Shown: positions 59,786 through 64,000 of the stretch, piece by piece
Position numbering within the stretch: the first letter of the stretch is position 1
Layout of the letters: each line of letters opens with the position of its first letter
Origin: Hydrolagus affinis
Taxonomy: Eukaryota
DNA: 64,000 nt
Direction: 5' to 3'
Assembly (NCBI GenBank): GCA_012026655.1
Contig: JAAILG010001364.1
Span: 1 to 64,000 of the forward strand
Notes under the pieces: model-generated
The model's input: the letters and a program-made list of their open reading frames with translations, nothing else
What the model was told of the DNA's origin: nothing
Databases searched by the model: none
Made by a program: the position numbers and the translations under genes

Positions 59786-61174
59786 CAATAGATGTGTAAC
59801 CATGTATATGTGCAGAGGCAACAATGTCTACCTGCCTCCCTCCCCCCATAAAGTGGGGAGCAGCAGGGAGCGAGGTAAAGGCTCACATTTCGGAAAAATT
59901 ACAGTAAAGCTGGGACTAGCCCTCCCATGTAACTGCTCCCTGTAGAAAAGGGGAACAGAATTCCGGCAGGGATGTCACCGTGGCAGGGGTGGGACTCATT
60001 GAGTGCACGTATTTGTGTTCCCGACACGAAAGGCACTATACAAATGTAATTCTTTTGTTGTTGTTTACGAGGTCTCTGGGTGTGCGTTTGGGTAAACATG
60101 TATGCGTATGGTGCATATCAGGAAGCCACCTGAAAGCGGAAAGTGCACCTATCAGAGTATGTGCGGGAATGCACCTGGATATAGTGCACACAGGGACAAT
60201 TCCTGACTTTTTTTTAAAGGGAGTATTTCAGTAAATGTTTGAACAATCTGTGTGCTACAAACCTGTCCGCAATTCCCACTAAGAGGAGAGGGTTGGGTGG
60301 GTGGTGGGGGTGGGGAACAAGACCCCATTTGTAGCAAATAAATATATTTAGTTTGATTTTTAAAACTGCATTTTAACAAGGCATTGAGTCTTGACTAGAG
60401 GAATTGAAACATGTGTACAATAGACTATTAGAATTCAGAGATCTGGGAAGAAGGCTGATTATATGGCCACCAATCAATAAAAGCTTTGGACTGTATTTGT
60501 TGAACTTGTGTTCAACAAGAGTGTTGCTTGGTTGTTCTTTGACCTGGTCTTTGTGTAATTCTGCATGCTTTCATCTGTGCTTGATTAATAAAGTTGATAT
60601 GTTGTCTCAGGCTCTCAATTGCTTCATTGGGGGCATACGATGGAGCACATCTTCTCCCACCGGCAATGGTGTTTGTAACATTGAAGCAGAATCAAATAGT
60701 CACTGCTTTAACCAACTTTCAAAACAAAACAGTAAGGTGATGCTAAGCAGCCCTTTGGGCAGGGATTTTTAAAAAAACTTTAGAAATAAATCTAAAACAA
60801 CTGAATGTGCATGAGTTGCAGTTTTAACAATCAGTGTGATCTCCTCAAGAACAACAACAAAATAAACTTGCATGTATATCATAATGCCCTTTGCATGAGG
60901 TAGTGTCTCAGCTCTGAAACGCTCAGAGCTTAAACCAGAGGGATACTGTAACTAATCAAATATATTCAATGTGAAAACCACTTCACAGCATTGCAATTAC
61001 TGCAGGCTCCGAACAAAAAGCTATTAGACACATGCACACACATAAGATATGGAACTGTGTTTCTTTACAGAATTTTGTAAAGAAACACAGCAAAGCAGAC
61101 GCAGAATTAAATAATGTAAGAAGAGAGAAAGCATTCATACAGGAAAAAGTTCCACACCTACTTGGGTACCATTC

Positions 61175-61927
61175 CAGCAAACCAGGTGTTGGGTTGTATC
61201 AAAAGATAAATAGCAAGCCCAAATAGTGGGGTAATCCTGCCATTGTATAAATCATTGGTGAGACTATACTTAGAGTACAGTTCTGGTCACTGCAATACAA
61301 AAAGGATATTGGAGAATCCAGAAGATGCAGAGGAGGGCAACCAAACTGATTGAGGGGCATGGAGGGATTGGATTATGAGGAGTGACTAAGTAGTTTGGGC
61401 ATATTCACGCTAGAGAAGAATGAGATGCAATATGATTGGTGTCTTTAAGATTCTTGACAATATAGATCATGACAGGCTGTTCCAATTTTTCCAGAATAGT
61501 AAAACCAGAAGACACGGCCTACGATTAAAGTGGGAGAAATTCAGAACAAATCTATTCAAACACTATTTCAGTGAGCTAATAGTGAGCCTGTGGAACGGGT
61601 TCCCTAGGGATATGGTTCCACGTGCCTGATAATAATCCATCCCCCCAAAATTGGTCATTTCAATCCACGACTGTTTGTGGGACACTGCTGTGCGCAATTG
61701 GCTGCCATGTTTTACCCACAGGAGCCGTGAAAAGTGCTATATCAAATGCAAGGATTATTATTATTGAAGCAGGAAGTGTTGATTCTTTCAAACACAGATT
61801 AGATAGTTTTCTTTTAGTAAATAACATTACGGTATATGTTATATAGATAAATATACCACCAGGAAGATGAAGACAAACTGGATGGACCTTTGTCTTTTTC
61901 GTTTAACATTTCTTATGTTCTTATGTT
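61175..61927 (+). mobile_element. CR1 3' fragment with intact 3' end, split by a SINE
   Basis: LPLYKSLVR, KMQRRATKLI, FRTNLFKHYFSELIVSLWNGFP..MV|EAGSVDSFK; ends (ttcttatg)2. Confidence 0.92.
61618..61765 (+). mobile_element. Truncated, internally deleted SINE nested in CR1
   Basis: gcctgataataatcc...gctgtgcgcaattggctgcc...(tta)n. Confidence 0.9.
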
Positions 61928-62869
61928 AATGGGATTGAATCAGTGGAAATGTTTTATGAAACTTGGAAAGTGCATTATAGGTCTGTATTGCAAATATACG
62001 CTTAAGATAAACAAATTTTATCTTAACTACTGTGCTTAGCAAGCATTCCTTCTATGAACCTGGGCTATACTAGTTTATACTAATTTAATCTGAGGAACTA
62101 TGGTAATGAATTTCATACGTAACAAAAGAGCTGAGGGTTGTCTTTTCACTTGGACCATTTGGTAATCCTGTGAATTTGTTGTTGTGCTCCTCACTAACAA
62201 TAATTTATTGCGTTAGTTATTTAAGTGTTGCAGAAGCAAGTGATGAATGCATCAGATAGAAATGGAGCCTTAACTAAAAGAAAGAGTGCTGAAATTCTAC
62301 ATGCGTAATTGGGTCCATGGACTTTTTAAATATTCTACCAAAGCACTGAATATATGGTTTACTATGCACAACATATACTATATATATAATATTGTTACCA
62401 GCATCTTGATGCAATGTGAAAGTATGCAGTCACTATGTCATATTGTGAAGATATACTTAAGACAACAAGATATTGTATCACATACAATATGGGCCACTTC
62501 TATTGTATAGGAGAATTTAGACTTATTTGAGCCTCCTATAAAAGACCAGTATAGAAATCTCTGCTTGCTATTGATTGCCATGTAGCTTTACCTCAGTGGA
62601 TTACTCATCTAGATGGTTAGTTGTTGTCTCATCTGTTAAAGCAGCTGGAAACATCAGAATGAATCCATTGTGTTTGACTAGGCAAATCCTGCTGTACAAA
62701 CTTTGCAGCATTCCAGTCTAACCCTTTATGAATAAAATATATTGCCTTAGTTTACTTTTAGATAGACAGCAGTGTCCATTTTAATGGTCATTGTGTGTAG
62801 TGAGAATCTACAGTGGGAACGTCCAAAACTATTGCCAGGATAAATTTATTATCCATCACTGCTATGATT

Positions 62870-63000
62870 GTGGAGTCCTGTAGCTCAGTGGTTGTTGCAC
62901 TTGCCTTACAAGTGAGAAACCTGGGTTAAATTCCAGGCAGGGTGAAACATTGGGCAGGTTTCCTTACTCCACAATAATCAAGCACAAAGAATTATTATTA
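62870..63000 (+). mobile_element. SINE head
   Basis: gtggagtcctgtagctcagtgg...tttccttactccaca. Confidence 0.85.
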
Positions 63001-63204
63001 ATGTCACAGAGAGCTGCAAACATGTCAAATGTCAAACTTAAAGTTATTATTATTATACATTGGTGCCAAAGTATATTGGGCAATATTGAATTTCCCTTGC
63101 ATTACTTCCCATTAGAGGGTTTGCAGAATATCCTGTACATAAAGCAGATGCTTATTGGTACTTTGTTTAGTTCATTTAGAAAATGCCCTACTTACTCTAC
63201 CTAT

Positions 63205-63376
63205 GTAGATAAAATTGGTCACTCACTTAATGGTTGTTTGTATGAAACATCTGTACACAAATGAGCTGCCGCATTCACCTACAATTGCAAAATCAGTATA
63301 CAGTAAATCCCACAGAGTGCATTGAGACATTTTGATGATGTGATAAGGTGCTTTATTGAACGCAAGGATTATTATT
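63205..63376 (+). mobile_element. Old SINE 3' half
   Basis: aaattggtcactcac...gctgccgcattcacc...gcaaggattatta. Confidence 0.75.
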
Positions 63377-64000
63377 TATATATGCATATATCGTCTGGAA
63401 TGGTCAATAGTAATGATTATTCCAGCCAAAAAAAGCTAAGTAAAATGTAAGATTGAGTAACTCTTTCTGCAAGTACTCACAATTTTCCTGCAGCTCAGAA
63501 AAAATTGCACATTACCAATGAGTTGTTTTATAGATTGCTTGTTGAGTCCTGCTTTTACTTTGGAGCACAAGAAAACATTTATGTAAATGAAAGCTTGCAT
63601 GTTGATAGGAAAGATAAAATAGTGAGTGTTTTAAATTACATTTCATATTTTACAATTATGGAGCACAGTGGGTTTAGAAATAAATGGAATCCCTTTCAGA
63701 ATTGAAGTTTGAATTTCCTTTTGCCTCTCAGAGCATGTGTTATTCACCTCACAATGCTGATCTGTTACATCAACACCATTAACCATTATTTGTGGCAGTT
63801 TTTGCGTGACCGTAACCAGTAACCAATTAATTTGCAACAAGAGTGAATTAAATATTGCCTTGCAAATGGATTGCTATTAATAACATAACTAATAAACGGC
63901 AACAAATACTAAATGTGTGCTGGTGCACAACTTGTTCAGCCTCAGGGACTGCACACATCCTGTGCAGAATACTGATAGAGAAGTACATGATTTATTCTAT

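Noticed and set aside
1-64000. CRISPR array, operon or other prokaryotic system
   Set aside because: The repeats are dispersed retroposons rather than regularly spaced direct repeats, and coding density is near zero

Overview
AT-rich, CpG-poor vertebrate genomic DNA with two 100-N scaffold gaps (42949-43048, 54086-54185). The repeat content points to a cartilaginous fish, most likely a chimaera such as Callorhinchus milii; this is inferred from recalled repeat consensus sequences, not from a search. I cannot support any complete protein-coding gene, rRNA, true tRNA or CRISPR array. Almost all ORFs in the track are chance ORFs or read through transposon fragments. The window is an intron or gene desert layered with mobile elements. 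These include about 20 copies or fragments of a young ~310-bp tRNA-headed SINE ending in (TTA)n, and older SacSINE1/Deu-domain SINEs. There is also a second ancient SINE family, an LF-SINE-like relic, many L2 fragments ending in (TTG)n and decayed CR1 fragments. Other elements are a chimeric pogo/Tigger remnant that keeps the transposase C-terminus, Penelope-type inverted repeats with decayed hammerhead cores, a hAT-like MITE and a candidate solo LTR. Best leads: (1) a CpG-rich orphan terminal-exon-like segment fused to a SINE and an L2 tail at 49.1-49.8 kb; (2) an unclassified long fold-back repeat family with 3 copies at 35.5-41.6 kb; (3) a clean 59-bp-arm hairpin insertion with a 14-bp TSD at 14.4 kb; (4) a covarying 3' stem-loop shared by the SINE and L2; (5) TE-poor, homeodomain-motif-rich candidate conserved enhancers. 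I see no evidence of a new multi-gene system. Boundaries of old repeats are approximate.
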